A DNA stretch of 64,000 bases from a virus, in the IMG/VR virus record IMGVR_UViG_3300021957_000015, positions 15,170 to 79,169 of that record; one strand, 5' to 3'. The notes below the pieces were generated by a model. The model ran no database searches, was not told where the DNA came from, and saw only the letters and a program-made list of their open reading frames with translations. Below, in pieces: positions 1 to 9,560 of the stretch. The position numbers and the translations under genes are program-made. Each line of letters begins with the position of its first letter. The stretch's first letter is position 1.

Positions 1-1826
1 TGCCAGAACTTGTTTTTACTTATATTAGCGGACCGTCTGCATCGGGAAAATATTCCTTAGAAAATCCCCTTGGTGTTCAGTTTGAAACTTTCGTGTCGGA
101 TATTGATGAAAGCGGAGAGGCAACATTGAATGGATATCCAATAAGAGGGTTTCCTGTTGATGAAGAAGATGCCGCAACAGTGGATTCTCAAGGTAATACT
201 ACTATAGAATCGTCTGCGCAAGATACTCCACCTAATGCAACTAGTTTATATGGTGTAAACGAGGTAGATTCTAGAAATTATACTGTTGGTAAAACTGTCA
301 GCGGTACTGGTGGTGATAAAATAGAAGATTCTGGAACATCTGTTTCGGCAGGTTTAGGTCTTAATTCTAAAATGAATGCATGGTCTTTACATAAATATAA
401 AAATAGATCTGATTCTTCTAAAGATGATATGTCAAGTGGAAAAGACTCTTATAATAAAGCAGTATTCCACCATGGGTTAGCTGACGCATATAATCCAACT
501 GCCAGTAATATTGTAAACGAATCTAGAGAGCACAACTCAATTGCTTACACTTATAGTTTTAGTGATTTTCTACAAGCAGAACATTACGGTAAAATATCTA
601 ATGATTATTTAATTACACTAAGAAGATTTCCATATCCTGTTCAGGATGATCTTAAGAATATGATGATTCCTGGAAAAGACGGAAAGCCAGTTGATGGTTC
701 TATGCCAGATTTAGCGAGAGCTATTACTTGGATGTCTCCTAAATTAGGTAATGAAATGAAATCTATTCTTAAATTTGGAACTAAATTTAATTGGAAAGAG
801 ATAGAATCTGAAATTCAAAAAATTACAGCAAGTGCTGGTAAAAAAGGTAAAGTAGGTGCTATGATTGACGGAAGCCCGTTATTAAGTGCTGTAAACGCAG
901 GTGTAAATAATGTAAGTCCAGAACAAGCTATCAGGACAAAAGACAAAGGAGCAGGTTGGGATCCAACTAGTGAAACATATCCTAATAAAGTATTTGGACC
1001 ATTAAATGTAATTAAAAAGGTTTTAACAAAACAACAGGGATTGGAATTTGATCAATCGTTTGAATTAAATTTTTATTATGATTTAAAAGCTTTACCAGAT
1101 ACAAGTCCAAAGGTAGCATTTATGGATACGTTATCTAATATATTAGCATTAACATATAACAATGCTCCTTTCTGGGGTGGTGCTACAAGAGGATTAGGTA
1201 GTGGTAGTATTGGTAAACCATTTGGTGATATTGCTAAACTTAAGAGTGGTGATTATAAAGGTTTTTTAGGATCAGTTGCTAAACAAGTAAAAGGAGCGGC
1301 TGGTTTTGCATTAGGCGATTTAGGTAATGCGGTAAAAGGTGTTGCTAATGGTAAAGGTATAAATGCACTCGGTGATTCTAAAATTTTAGATAACATTGTC
1401 GGTGGTGGATTAATGAAAATGATGAATAGCCCACAGGGTGCATCAACTGTTGCAGCGTTCTTAACAGGTGATCCAACTGGACAATGGCACGTAACTATAG
1501 GTAATCCTATGAATCCAATGATTGTATGTGGAAACTTAGCAATGATAGAAAGCAAAATAGAATTTGATGGACCATTAGGTTACGAAGGGTTTCCTAGTAA
1601 ATTAAAATTAACCGTACAAATGAAGCCCGGTAGACCAAGAGACAAAGGTGAAATTGAATCTATGTTTAATGCAGGTAGAGGTAGATCATATTTACAACCA
1701 GATGTTGAAGGTTCAATAGACGTTAGTGCAATGTTCGATGTAAGTGCATATGGTAACAAAGATAACACAGCTTCTCACGTTACTAAGGCATTCCTTAAAA
1801 GAGTTTCTGACCTTAACGCCGGATAA
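1..1826 (+). CDS. Virion structural protein, possibly baseplate/tail-tube cap (gp48/gp54-like); 5' end probably just outside the window
   Basis: The frame is open from nt 3 (PELVFTYISG...) and nt 1-2 'tg' fit a clipped ATG. It lies directly upstream of the gp53-like gene. The C-terminal WHVTIGNPMNP...GFPSKLKLTV region is tube-like. Confidence 0.5.
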   Translation, partial: PELVFTYISGPSASGKYSLENPLGVQFETFVSDIDESGEATLNGYPIRGFPVDEEDAATVDSQGNTTIESSAQDTPPNATSLYGVNEVDSRNYTVGKTVSGTGGDKIEDSGTSVSAGLGLNSKMNAWSLHKYKNRSDSSKDDMSSGKDSYNKAVFHHGLADAYNPTASNIVNESREHNSIAYTYSFSDFLQAEHYGKISNDYLITLRRFPYPVQDDLKNMMIPGKDGKPVDGSMPDLARAITWMSPKLGNEMKSILKFGTKFNWKEIESEIQKITASAGKKGKVGAMIDGSPLLSAVNAGVNNVSPEQAIRTKDKGAGWDPTSETYPNKVFGPLNVIKKVLTKQQGLEFDQSFELNFYYDLKALPDTSPKVAFMDTLSNILALTYNNAPFWGGATRGLGSGSIGKPFGDIAKLKSGDYKGFLGSVAKQVKGAAGFALGDLGNAVKGVANGKGINALGDSKILDNIVGGGLMKMMNSPQGASTVAAFLTGDPTGQWHVTIGNPMNPMIVCGNLAMIESKIEFDGPLGYEGFPSKLKLTVQMKPGRPRDKGEIESMFNAGRGRSYLQPDVEGSIDVSAMFDVSAYGNKDNTASHVTKAFLKRVSDLNAG

Positions 1827-1840
1827 AATTATAATATACT

Positions 1841-2665
1841 ATGGATTTTAAAAGCATAATAAACAAAACAGTAGACACGGTCAAATTAATAATGACTCAA
1901 CCTACAATGATCTTTAGAAATAAGGATAATGCTGAAATTATAGCAGAACATGTAGTAACTAAAGATGATAAAGTTAGGCCAGATTTAATAGCTTTAAAAT
2001 ATTATGGAGATCATACTAAAACAGATATGATCTTAAAATATAATAGGATATCTGATCCATTTAGTATAAATCCAGGTGAAATCATACTAGTGCCTTCTCC
2101 TGATACTGCATATTATAGATTAGAAAGACCAGCATCGGTTGAAGATAATATAGTCAAAAGACAGTTTGTAGATACTAAAAGATTAAGTCAGAAAGATCAA
2201 AAAAGAATAGATGCACTTAAAAAGAAATATAATAAAGAAACTCTTTTGCCACCTAATGTTATTCCAGTAGGTAAAAAGAATTATGAGTTTAATGGAAATC
2301 AAGTTAGAATGGGCGCACAAGTTCAAACAGATCCTGTTACCGAGTCTATTACTGCTGAAGTTATTGCATCTCAGAATGCAGAAAAGAGCCAAAGAGATAT
2401 TGTACTAGAACAACAAGGTTCTGATTTTGAAGGTACTAGTGCTGGTGATAGTAATGGTGATAGTAATAGTAATAACGAAACAACTGATACTACTGCTGAA
2501 AATCAATTTAACAATGCATCAGGACAAGGCGGATCAGATGGATCAAATAATAGTAAATCAGATTCTGCAGATTCAACCGGGGACAATAACAATGGAGGAG
2601 ACGCTCCTGCTGGAAAAGATAGTACAGATACTGGTGGAAGTGAAGATTCACCGTGTGCCAAATAA
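1841..2665 (+). CDS. gp53: Baseplate wedge protein, gp53/LysM-like, with acidic low-complexity tail
   Basis: HVVTKDDKVRPDLIALKYYGD...ILKYNRISDPFSINPGEIILVP is a gp53/LysM-type motif. Confidence 0.75.
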   Translation: MDFKSIINKTVDTVKLIMTQPTMIFRNKDNAEIIAEHVVTKDDKVRPDLIALKYYGDHTKTDMILKYNRISDPFSINPGEIILVPSPDTAYYRLERPASVEDNIVKRQFVDTKRLSQKDQKRIDALKKKYNKETLLPPNVIPVGKKNYEFNGNQVRMGAQVQTDPVTESITAEVIASQNAEKSQRDIVLEQQGSDFEGTSAGDSNGDSNSNNETTDTTAENQFNNASGQGGSDGSNNSKSDSADSTGDNNNGGDAPAGKDSTDTGGSEDSPCAK

Positions 2666-2684
2666 TTTGACTAATAAATAATAG

Positions 2685-4181
2685 ATGGATTTAGAACATA
2701 ATATTTTAGCAGTAGTAGAACCAGCTTTAATGCCAACAGAAATAGAAATGTATGCTGCTGGCGAAGAAGAAGGTGGTGATAAACAAACTAAGAACACTGG
2801 TAATATTGAGCCATTTATAATGGTAAATAAATACGTTTTTGGTAGAGACAATATACAAAGCGTAGAATTAGATTTATCTGGAATTGTGCCTAAGTGCGAA
2901 ATTTCAGTTATTGATAATAAACAAGCGTTTGACGTTGATCACTATCCTAGAGACGGTGATTCTTTCGTTATTTTATTCAATTCTAAGAATCAAGAAACCT
3001 TTAAATCTATTCATATGGATTTCGATATTACTGAAATAACAAATGAACGAGAAGTTGATGGTGAACCAGCTACAATTAACATGAGTGGCATTGCTAAAGT
3101 ACCTAAACTGTTTGCAGAAAATTGTCAAACACTAGACTCAGCTGGATCATTAGATCATTTAGAAATGGTAGCAAGAGAACTTAAATTAGGTTTAGCAACT
3201 AACATAGATGCTACTGATGATAGCCAATCTAGAATACAAGCATATGAAACTTATTTAGACTTTATAAAATCTATAGCTAAAGATTCATATATCGATGAAG
3301 ATTCATTTACTAAATTTTATATAGATCAATATTATTACTTAAACTATGTTGAAGTTAATAAGATTTTTAACTCATCTAACCCTGACATAAACGATTTACA
3401 AGTAGCGTTAGCATCTGCTGCGGTTTCTTATGGAGAAAATGGAGACGATGAAGGAAGAGATGCTGATGATCTTGAGATGCCATTAATGCTTACTAACAAC
3501 AGGGAAATACAGGGATTAAACAACTACGCAGATAAAGTAGAACTTATTAACAATTCAAGTAAAATTAGTTTAAAGGCTGGTAATAAAAGAAATGTGATGA
3601 TCTATGATAATAATAGTGATTCTGATAGGTTGCAACAATTTGACATAGAGCCATTAAGTTCTACTAATCTTAGAGATATTGAAGAGCCATTAAAGGGTAA
3701 AAGAACAGAAGAACGTTATCAAGAAAATGTTAAGTTTAAGTATATGGGTAGACAAAACGCTGGAGATGATGGTTTAGGTAATACACATAAGAATGCGATC
3801 TACTCTAAATTATTTCAAAAGCAAAATGAAATGGAAACACAGAAAATGAAAGTAAAGGTTACTTTAAGTAGTTTTAACCCTGCGCTTTATAAGTTTCAAA
3901 AGATTCCATTGCTTATGTACCATTATGATGCTGTTAAAATTAAGGCGGCAGAAGAGGCTCAAGCTAAACAAGATGAGGCTGGTTTTACTGATCAGTCTAT
4001 AATACCAGATACGGGTGAAAGAGAAGAAGAATCAAATTCACAAGTAGTAGATAGATTTTTAACAGGATTCTATATTATAGAAAATATAAATATAAATTAT
4101 GACTTAGACTCTGGCCTTAGTCAAGAGGTTACACTTATTAGGAGAGAATGGCCTACTAAAGTAGCAGATTTAAAGGAATAG
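2685..4181 (+). CDS. Putative baseplate hub protein (gp27/GpD-like)
   Basis: 498 aa, between gp53-like and gp5-like genes; C-terminal LTGFYIIENI...SQEVTLIRREW is typical of hub proteins. Confidence 0.55.
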   Translation: MDLEHNILAVVEPALMPTEIEMYAAGEEEGGDKQTKNTGNIEPFIMVNKYVFGRDNIQSVELDLSGIVPKCEISVIDNKQAFDVDHYPRDGDSFVILFNSKNQETFKSIHMDFDITEITNEREVDGEPATINMSGIAKVPKLFAENCQTLDSAGSLDHLEMVARELKLGLATNIDATDDSQSRIQAYETYLDFIKSIAKDSYIDEDSFTKFYIDQYYYLNYVEVNKIFNSSNPDINDLQVALASAAVSYGENGDDEGRDADDLEMPLMLTNNREIQGLNNYADKVELINNSSKISLKAGNKRNVMIYDNNSDSDRLQQFDIEPLSSTNLRDIEEPLKGKRTEERYQENVKFKYMGRQNAGDDGLGNTHKNAIYSKLFQKQNEMETQKMKVKVTLSSFNPALYKFQKIPLLMYHYDAVKIKAAEEAQAKQDEAGFTDQSIIPDTGEREEESNSQVVDRFLTGFYIIENININYDLDSGLSQEVTLIRREWPTKVADLKE

Positions 4182-4199
4182 AAATCGAATATATAGAAT

Positions 4200-5567
4200 A
4201 TGCAGCAAGGATTATTTAAACATAGTAATGAGTTCAAGAAAGGCACTAAGCTTAGAACTATAAATGAAGACCCAACATATTTAAGTTTTATACTTATGTT
4301 CGAAAAATCTTCAAAGGAATCTCCTTTGTTTAACGGAACTGCAGAAAAATATTTATTAGAAACAGTTGGCGGAGATTACGGTAAAAAATTAGCAGCTAAC
4401 TTAAAATCATTTGGTGATTTATTATTTAAAATTAATACAGAATTACCATGGTTTTGGCAAACTATAACCGGCTTAGAGATTTCTCAACAATATAAGGATT
4501 TAGCAGAACCATATTGGGGCGCAGAGGATCCTAAACTAGAAATAGAATGTTTGGAAGAAACTGTTGATTTAACAGTTATCTCTTTAATGGACTTATATAA
4601 AAGTGCAGTATATGATTTTAATAGATGGATAGAAATAATACCCCACAATATTAGGTATTTTAGAATGCAAATAATAGTCACTGAAATTAGACAATTTCAA
4701 CAGGACACGCATGCTAAAGATTTAAATGGATCATATAAACCAGGAGGACCTGTTCATAAAGATGCAAAAGAACCTAAACCTATTCATGAAACTCTTAATT
4801 TAGTAGCTAAACCATTTATTCAATTACAATTTGATTTTTGTACATTCGATATAGATTCTATAGCTACAATGTATGCAGATTTAGGTAAAAATCCTGAAGC
4901 TAGAAAACCTAAATTGGCAATAAAATGGCAAGCAGTTGCTCAAACAGGTGGAAATCACGCATATAAATCAGACGCTAAAGAAGGATTAGGTGTTGTTGGA
5001 AATCCAAATCCATATGATTTTGGTCCATTTGATCCATTACAGTCCGTAAAAGACGCAGCTAATGATAAGTTAAAATCCATTAAAGATGGTGTAATGGGTA
5101 AAATAGATAATTTTAAAGGCGCATTTTCACAAGAGCCAAACGGATTAGCTAACGTGTATGGTAGTAGTAGAACTGGTTTAAGCGGACCATTAGCGTCGCT
5201 TGCGGATCAAGCTATAGATAACGTAATGGCTAGTCTTTTATTAGGAAATGTACACGGTGTTGGTGGTTTAGGAAGTATAAAAGATGCCATAACTGCTGGA
5301 AGTGTAAATGCTATTGCTAATTTAGCAGGACAATTATTTACAAATAATGATAATAGTCCAAAAGGAGACTTATCACCAGGTAACATATATCCAACAGATA
5401 ACTTTGCATTAGATTCATCACCAGATGGTAATATTTCTCCTAAGAAAGTATATGATAATACACCAGATGACCGAGATGATCCAATTAACGACAATGTATA
5501 TGGTGGTCGAAACACAGGCGTAGATTCATCACCAGATGGTAACTTAAACGATAACGTACATGAATGA
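4200..5567 (+). CDS. Virion structural protein (tail tube/baseplate-associated)
   Basis: 455-aa ORF in baseplate cluster; C-terminal DSSPDGN repeats. Confidence 0.45.
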   Translation: MQQGLFKHSNEFKKGTKLRTINEDPTYLSFILMFEKSSKESPLFNGTAEKYLLETVGGDYGKKLAANLKSFGDLLFKINTELPWFWQTITGLEISQQYKDLAEPYWGAEDPKLEIECLEETVDLTVISLMDLYKSAVYDFNRWIEIIPHNIRYFRMQIIVTEIRQFQQDTHAKDLNGSYKPGGPVHKDAKEPKPIHETLNLVAKPFIQLQFDFCTFDIDSIATMYADLGKNPEARKPKLAIKWQAVAQTGGNHAYKSDAKEGLGVVGNPNPYDFGPFDPLQSVKDAANDKLKSIKDGVMGKIDNFKGAFSQEPNGLANVYGSSRTGLSGPLASLADQAIDNVMASLLLGNVHGVGGLGSIKDAITAGSVNAIANLAGQLFTNNDNSPKGDLSPGNIYPTDNFALDSSPDGNISPKKVYDNTPDDRDDPINDNVYGGRNTGVDSSPDGNLNDNVHE

Positions 5568-6276
5568 TAAAGAACTATTTAAAGACAACATTAGAGAAAC
5601 TCACTGGCTTGGTGAGGTAGTTGTTAATGAAGATCCATTAATACAAGGAAGATGTAGAGTAAAGGTTTATGGTAAATTCGATACACTAACGGACGACGCT
5701 ATTCCATGGGCAACTCCTATGAATAGAGATCAAGTCGGTGCACATTCAGTCCCAAGAGTTGGTGATATAGTTGCAGTTAGATTTGATAATGGAAATATTT
5801 ACCACCCAGAATATTGGTTTCAGATTGATCAAAACCCAGATTTAAAGACAGATATATTGGAAGCATCTGATGCACCACATGACGTGATTAGTTTAGTATA
5901 TGATGCAGAAAGAAATGTTAGAATATATCATTCCCCAGAAGATGGCTTAGTTATTACTAGAGGTAGTGGTGCTAAAGAAAGACCAATGATACAAATAGAC
6001 GAAGAAGGATTCATTAAGATAAGCACAGATGCGAAGATGTTCTTAGACTGTGGTGATATATTCGTTTCAAATGAAGGTGAACCTGGAGCAGATGAGACAG
6101 AGCCCGCAGTAAGAGGTCAATCTTTACAAGATTGGTTGCAGATGTGGTTAGATGATTATAATGCACATATTCACCCAACAGGTGTTGGACCATCAGGTCC
6201 GCCGATGCCACCTACACCAGCAACTGTAGGTAAATTATCTAGTACTCATATTAACTATCAACAAAAAGGTAAATAA
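5560..6276 (+). CDS. gp5: Baseplate central spike, gp5/VgrG-type N-terminal OB fold
   Basis: WLGEVVVNEDPLIQGRCRVKVYG...IPWA, VPRVGDIVAVRFDNGNIYHP and C-terminal HxH (AHIHPTGVGPSGPP); no lysozyme domain. Confidence 0.8.
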   Translation: MNDKELFKDNIRETHWLGEVVVNEDPLIQGRCRVKVYGKFDTLTDDAIPWATPMNRDQVGAHSVPRVGDIVAVRFDNGNIYHPEYWFQIDQNPDLKTDILEASDAPHDVISLVYDAERNVRIYHSPEDGLVITRGSGAKERPMIQIDEEGFIKISTDAKMFLDCGDIFVSNEGEPGADETEPAVRGQSLQDWLQMWLDDYNAHIHPTGVGPSGPPMPPTPATVGKLSSTHINYQQKGK

Positions 6277-6278
6277 TT

Positions 6279-8168
6279 ATGCCCGTAATTTGGCCATCAT
6301 TTATCAGCGCAGCAGCTAATACAATTTCAAGCCACCAATTCACAAAACCAGGTGGAGCTGGATTGTCATATGATATGCCCGAGTTTTCTACTGAAGTAGG
6401 AAATCCAGCAAACGCTGCATTTATTACAGGTCCAGGACCATATGTAAATGCTGTTAATCCAGCGCCTTTAAGTGGTAGATTTGATTTTGGTAAAGCCATT
6501 GCTCAAGATTATTTAGATGCCGTTAAAGGTGCGGCTATGACACCGGTTGGTGCAACACATACAAATAATGGAGGTGCTGAACAACTATTATTAAATGGAT
6601 ATGGCTTAGTATTTGAAAGAATATTAAAAGAAGGCGATATACCATTAATGGACCAAAAGGATGAGGATGGAAATATAACTGAAGTTGGTAAAGAGTCTCA
6701 CCCTGATTATGCCGATCTTTGCCCCGAACCTATTGTACCTCCAGATCCAGTGGAAGAAGAGAAGAAAATTCAAAAAAAATTTAGTAAGTTTATTGAAGAA
6801 TCTAAAGAAGATCCATTCTATGATCTATATAAGTTTAGGTTTTTTCAATTTCATTGTTTAGACGGAAAAGAATCTGCAAGTGATATTATTGATTTATTTG
6901 CAAATAGGCTTTTGCAACAATTTGATAAAATAGGCAGCTTAAGTGGACAATTCAATTATATTAGATGGGCTACCAGTTTAGGTAAGGCAAATTACGAAGA
7001 CTTTGTTCCAAATAATTATTATTATGCTAGCAACCAATGGAAACAAAGATTCCCATATGTAAATGTAGAAACTCAAGTAAGAGACGATATAAAAAATGCA
7101 GGCTATAGTAATTGGAAGCAAATAGTAGATGGAGTTTCTAGAGTATTTAAAGAAGCAATAGACGTTGCATTTCCAGTGTACGAGGTTACAATTGCCGCAT
7201 ATGGAAATAAAGATGAGTATGTTTACAATGAAAATGACTTATTTAAAAGACTATCACTGGGTAGAAAGGCAGAAACTCCAATGCCGTCTCCAGATTTAAG
7301 CGAAGATGTACTTTGTCCATTAGATGAATATAAATGTCAAATATCTTTTAATAGAGAAAGAGATTTGCCTGAATATGAAAGCAAAAGACCTAGAATATTA
7401 ACCGACAGTGTAGTAGCATTCTTTTCATATGATAGCAGTGCTATAAAATCTATAAATCAATATTCTAATGTGGGTAATTCAAATTTAGAAGAAGGCGAAG
7501 CGCCTAACATTGTATTAAACGACAATAATAGGATTTTATGGTGGGACAAAGATACTCAATATGTACAAAATCAATATGTTGATTTAGAATATGAAAAACA
7601 TTGGGCTAAAATACCCGCGGCAGTAAGCAGTATTAGTCCAAATTCTACCGATGCTAAAGCAGCATTAACTCAATTTTTATCTATTGATCCAAAACAAGGT
7701 GGTACTGTTTTTAAATTTCAATATGATCAAGCCAAGAAGTCAAAAGAAGCTGCAGAAGAATGTGATGAACTAGAAGAAGGTGCAGAAATTGCATATACTT
7801 GGCCAGGTGGAGATCCATACGAAGAAATGGCAGCAATTACTATTGCATACTGGTATGCGTGTATTGTAAAACCATTTACACCAACAACAGCTATGCCTCC
7901 CGCACTAATACCTCCACCACTTACTGGTATTTATGTACCTATTTATTATGGTGGAAAAACTAGATTAGCTAATAATTTAAGAAGAGCTTGGAACTCTGGT
8001 AAATCATTCACTGTTCCACCAACAAAACCACCAGCGACCGTAGTCGCTACTGCATTAGCTGCGACTTATGCTATGCATCTATTAGAATTTAAATTACTTT
8101 ATTTGGGTGGAATTCCGACACCTGCAGGACCTGTTCCAATGGTGGGTTTTGTACCTGTCGTGTTCTAA
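6279..8168 (+). CDS. Hypothetical protein, probably virion structural
   Basis: 629-aa ORF immediately after the spike gene; Pro-rich termini. Confidence 0.5.
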   Translation: MPVIWPSFISAAANTISSHQFTKPGGAGLSYDMPEFSTEVGNPANAAFITGPGPYVNAVNPAPLSGRFDFGKAIAQDYLDAVKGAAMTPVGATHTNNGGAEQLLLNGYGLVFERILKEGDIPLMDQKDEDGNITEVGKESHPDYADLCPEPIVPPDPVEEEKKIQKKFSKFIEESKEDPFYDLYKFRFFQFHCLDGKESASDIIDLFANRLLQQFDKIGSLSGQFNYIRWATSLGKANYEDFVPNNYYYASNQWKQRFPYVNVETQVRDDIKNAGYSNWKQIVDGVSRVFKEAIDVAFPVYEVTIAAYGNKDEYVYNENDLFKRLSLGRKAETPMPSPDLSEDVLCPLDEYKCQISFNRERDLPEYESKRPRILTDSVVAFFSYDSSAIKSINQYSNVGNSNLEEGEAPNIVLNDNNRILWWDKDTQYVQNQYVDLEYEKHWAKIPAAVSSISPNSTDAKAALTQFLSIDPKQGGTVFKFQYDQAKKSKEAAEECDELEEGAEIAYTWPGGDPYEEMAAITIAYWYACIVKPFTPTTAMPPALIPPPLTGIYVPIYYGGKTRLANNLRRAWNSGKSFTVPPTKPPATVVATALAATYAMHLLEFKLLYLGGIPTPAGPVPMVGFVPVVF

Positions 8169-8213
8169 AAAATAGAAGGATATATAATATGTTACACTCT
8201 TAATATAAAAAAA

Positions 8214-9512
8214 ATGACAAACAAATCAAAAAGAGCTAGAATCGGCGAAACTACGGTCACTCTAGACGAAAAAGCAGTAAAACCAAATACTGAAACAGTA
8301 GTAGAATCAACAACTAAGAAAGAAGAAGTAGAAGATGCCAATGATCAGTGGTATAATGCAGAAGGAGAATTCATGTGGGATGAATATGAAGCTACTTGTG
8401 TAACTAGACTTAGAAAACCAAATCCACATATTAAAACCAGAAACGGTGACAAGGTTTATTCCAGAGAATTATATGCTCAAGAGCTATATGATAAAATGGA
8501 AGTATATGAATCTAATGTCAACATGCTACCTGAATTAATTGAAGGCGGAATATATGACGGTACAGTATTTGCTGTGACTTCAGATTTTATCACGGTCGAC
8601 GTGGGTTATAGAGAATCTGTTTATATTAAGTTTGAAAAAGAGCCTGAACATGTTCAAGCCCTTAGACCAGGTGAAGCTACCTCAGTATTGATCACAACCT
8701 ATAGACCAGGATCACATGTTATTGGAAGCATCAGTGGAGGCGTCAAGCAAAAAACATTTATGGATCTACGAGACGGTGTTGAAAAAGGCGACACTGCTTG
8801 GGTAGGTAAAGTTGTAAATATGATAGAAAATGGAGGTTACATAGTTAACGTTCAAGGAATAGATTGCTTTATGCCTGGATCATTAGCTGGAATTAATAAA
8901 CTGCATGACTTTAGTTCTATTATAGGAACTGAAATGTATGTTGTTCCTGTTAGTTTCTCACCAGACAGAGGCACATTAGTGGTTTCACATAGAAAGTATT
9001 TACAAGCATTAATTCCTACTGCAATAGAAGAATTAAAAGAGAGTATAGAAGTCGAACAAAAGGGACATGTAACAGGTACTGCTAAATATGGTGTATTTGT
9101 TGAATTTAATAAATGTCTTACAGGTATGATTCATAATAATGATTTAGACGAAGATACGTTAGTTAAGTTCAAATCTAGAGAGATTAAACCGGGCGATGAG
9201 ATTACATTTAAAGTAAAAGACATCGTTAGTGAAAAGAAAATTACGTTAACACAGAAAGCTAATGTAGAAGTAAATCCATGGAGTGATATTACAACTAGAT
9301 ATCAAATACCTTCTAATGTTAAGGCTACTGTCAAAACAAAAAAGGACTACGGTTTATTTATTACTATAGAAAATGGAGTAACCGGATTGTTACATATCAG
9401 TGAAATAGGGGAAGAAACAATGTCTGTATTTAAGCCAGGTGATGAGATCACTGTGCAAATTACTAGAATAGATGTAGACTCAATGAAAGTATTTCTTAAA
9501 CTACCACAATAA
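8214..9512 (+). CDS. rpsA: Ribosomal protein S1-like protein (about four S1 OB-fold domains)
   Basis: Repeated S1 motifs: GTVFAVTSDFITVDVG, GGYIVNVQGIDCFMPGS, GTAKYGVFVEF...GMIH, KKDYGLFITIENGVTGLLHISEI; also LVVSHRKYL. Confidence 0.85.
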   Translation: MTNKSKRARIGETTVTLDEKAVKPNTETVVESTTKKEEVEDANDQWYNAEGEFMWDEYEATCVTRLRKPNPHIKTRNGDKVYSRELYAQELYDKMEVYESNVNMLPELIEGGIYDGTVFAVTSDFITVDVGYRESVYIKFEKEPEHVQALRPGEATSVLITTYRPGSHVIGSISGGVKQKTFMDLRDGVEKGDTAWVGKVVNMIENGGYIVNVQGIDCFMPGSLAGINKLHDFSSIIGTEMYVVPVSFSPDRGTLVVSHRKYLQALIPTAIEELKESIEVEQKGHVTGTAKYGVFVEFNKCLTGMIHNNDLDEDTLVKFKSREIKPGDEITFKVKDIVSEKKITLTQKANVEVNPWSDITTRYQIPSNVKATVKTKKDYGLFITIENGVTGLLHISEIGEETMSVFKPGDEITVQITRIDVDSMKVFLKLPQ

Positions 9513-9520
9513 GTTCAAAG

Positions 9521-9558
9521 AGAGTGTGATATATAATCAAACGGTAATATCATACTCT
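9521..9558 (+). promoter_or_regulatory. 12-bp hairpin covering the translation initiation region, with a late-type promoter motif in its 5' arm
   Basis: AGAGTGTGATAT (9521-9532) pairs with ATATCATACTCT (9547-9558), one G-U; GATATATAA at 9528-9536; ATG at 9561. Confidence 0.6.
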
Positions 9559-9560
9559 AG

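Noticed and set aside
4179-4202. TAG recoding or read-through fusing 2685-4181 with 4200-5567 (same frame, two TAG codons between)
   Set aside because: Genes across the window are intact under the standard code, and a late-type motif lies in the gap, favouring separate genes
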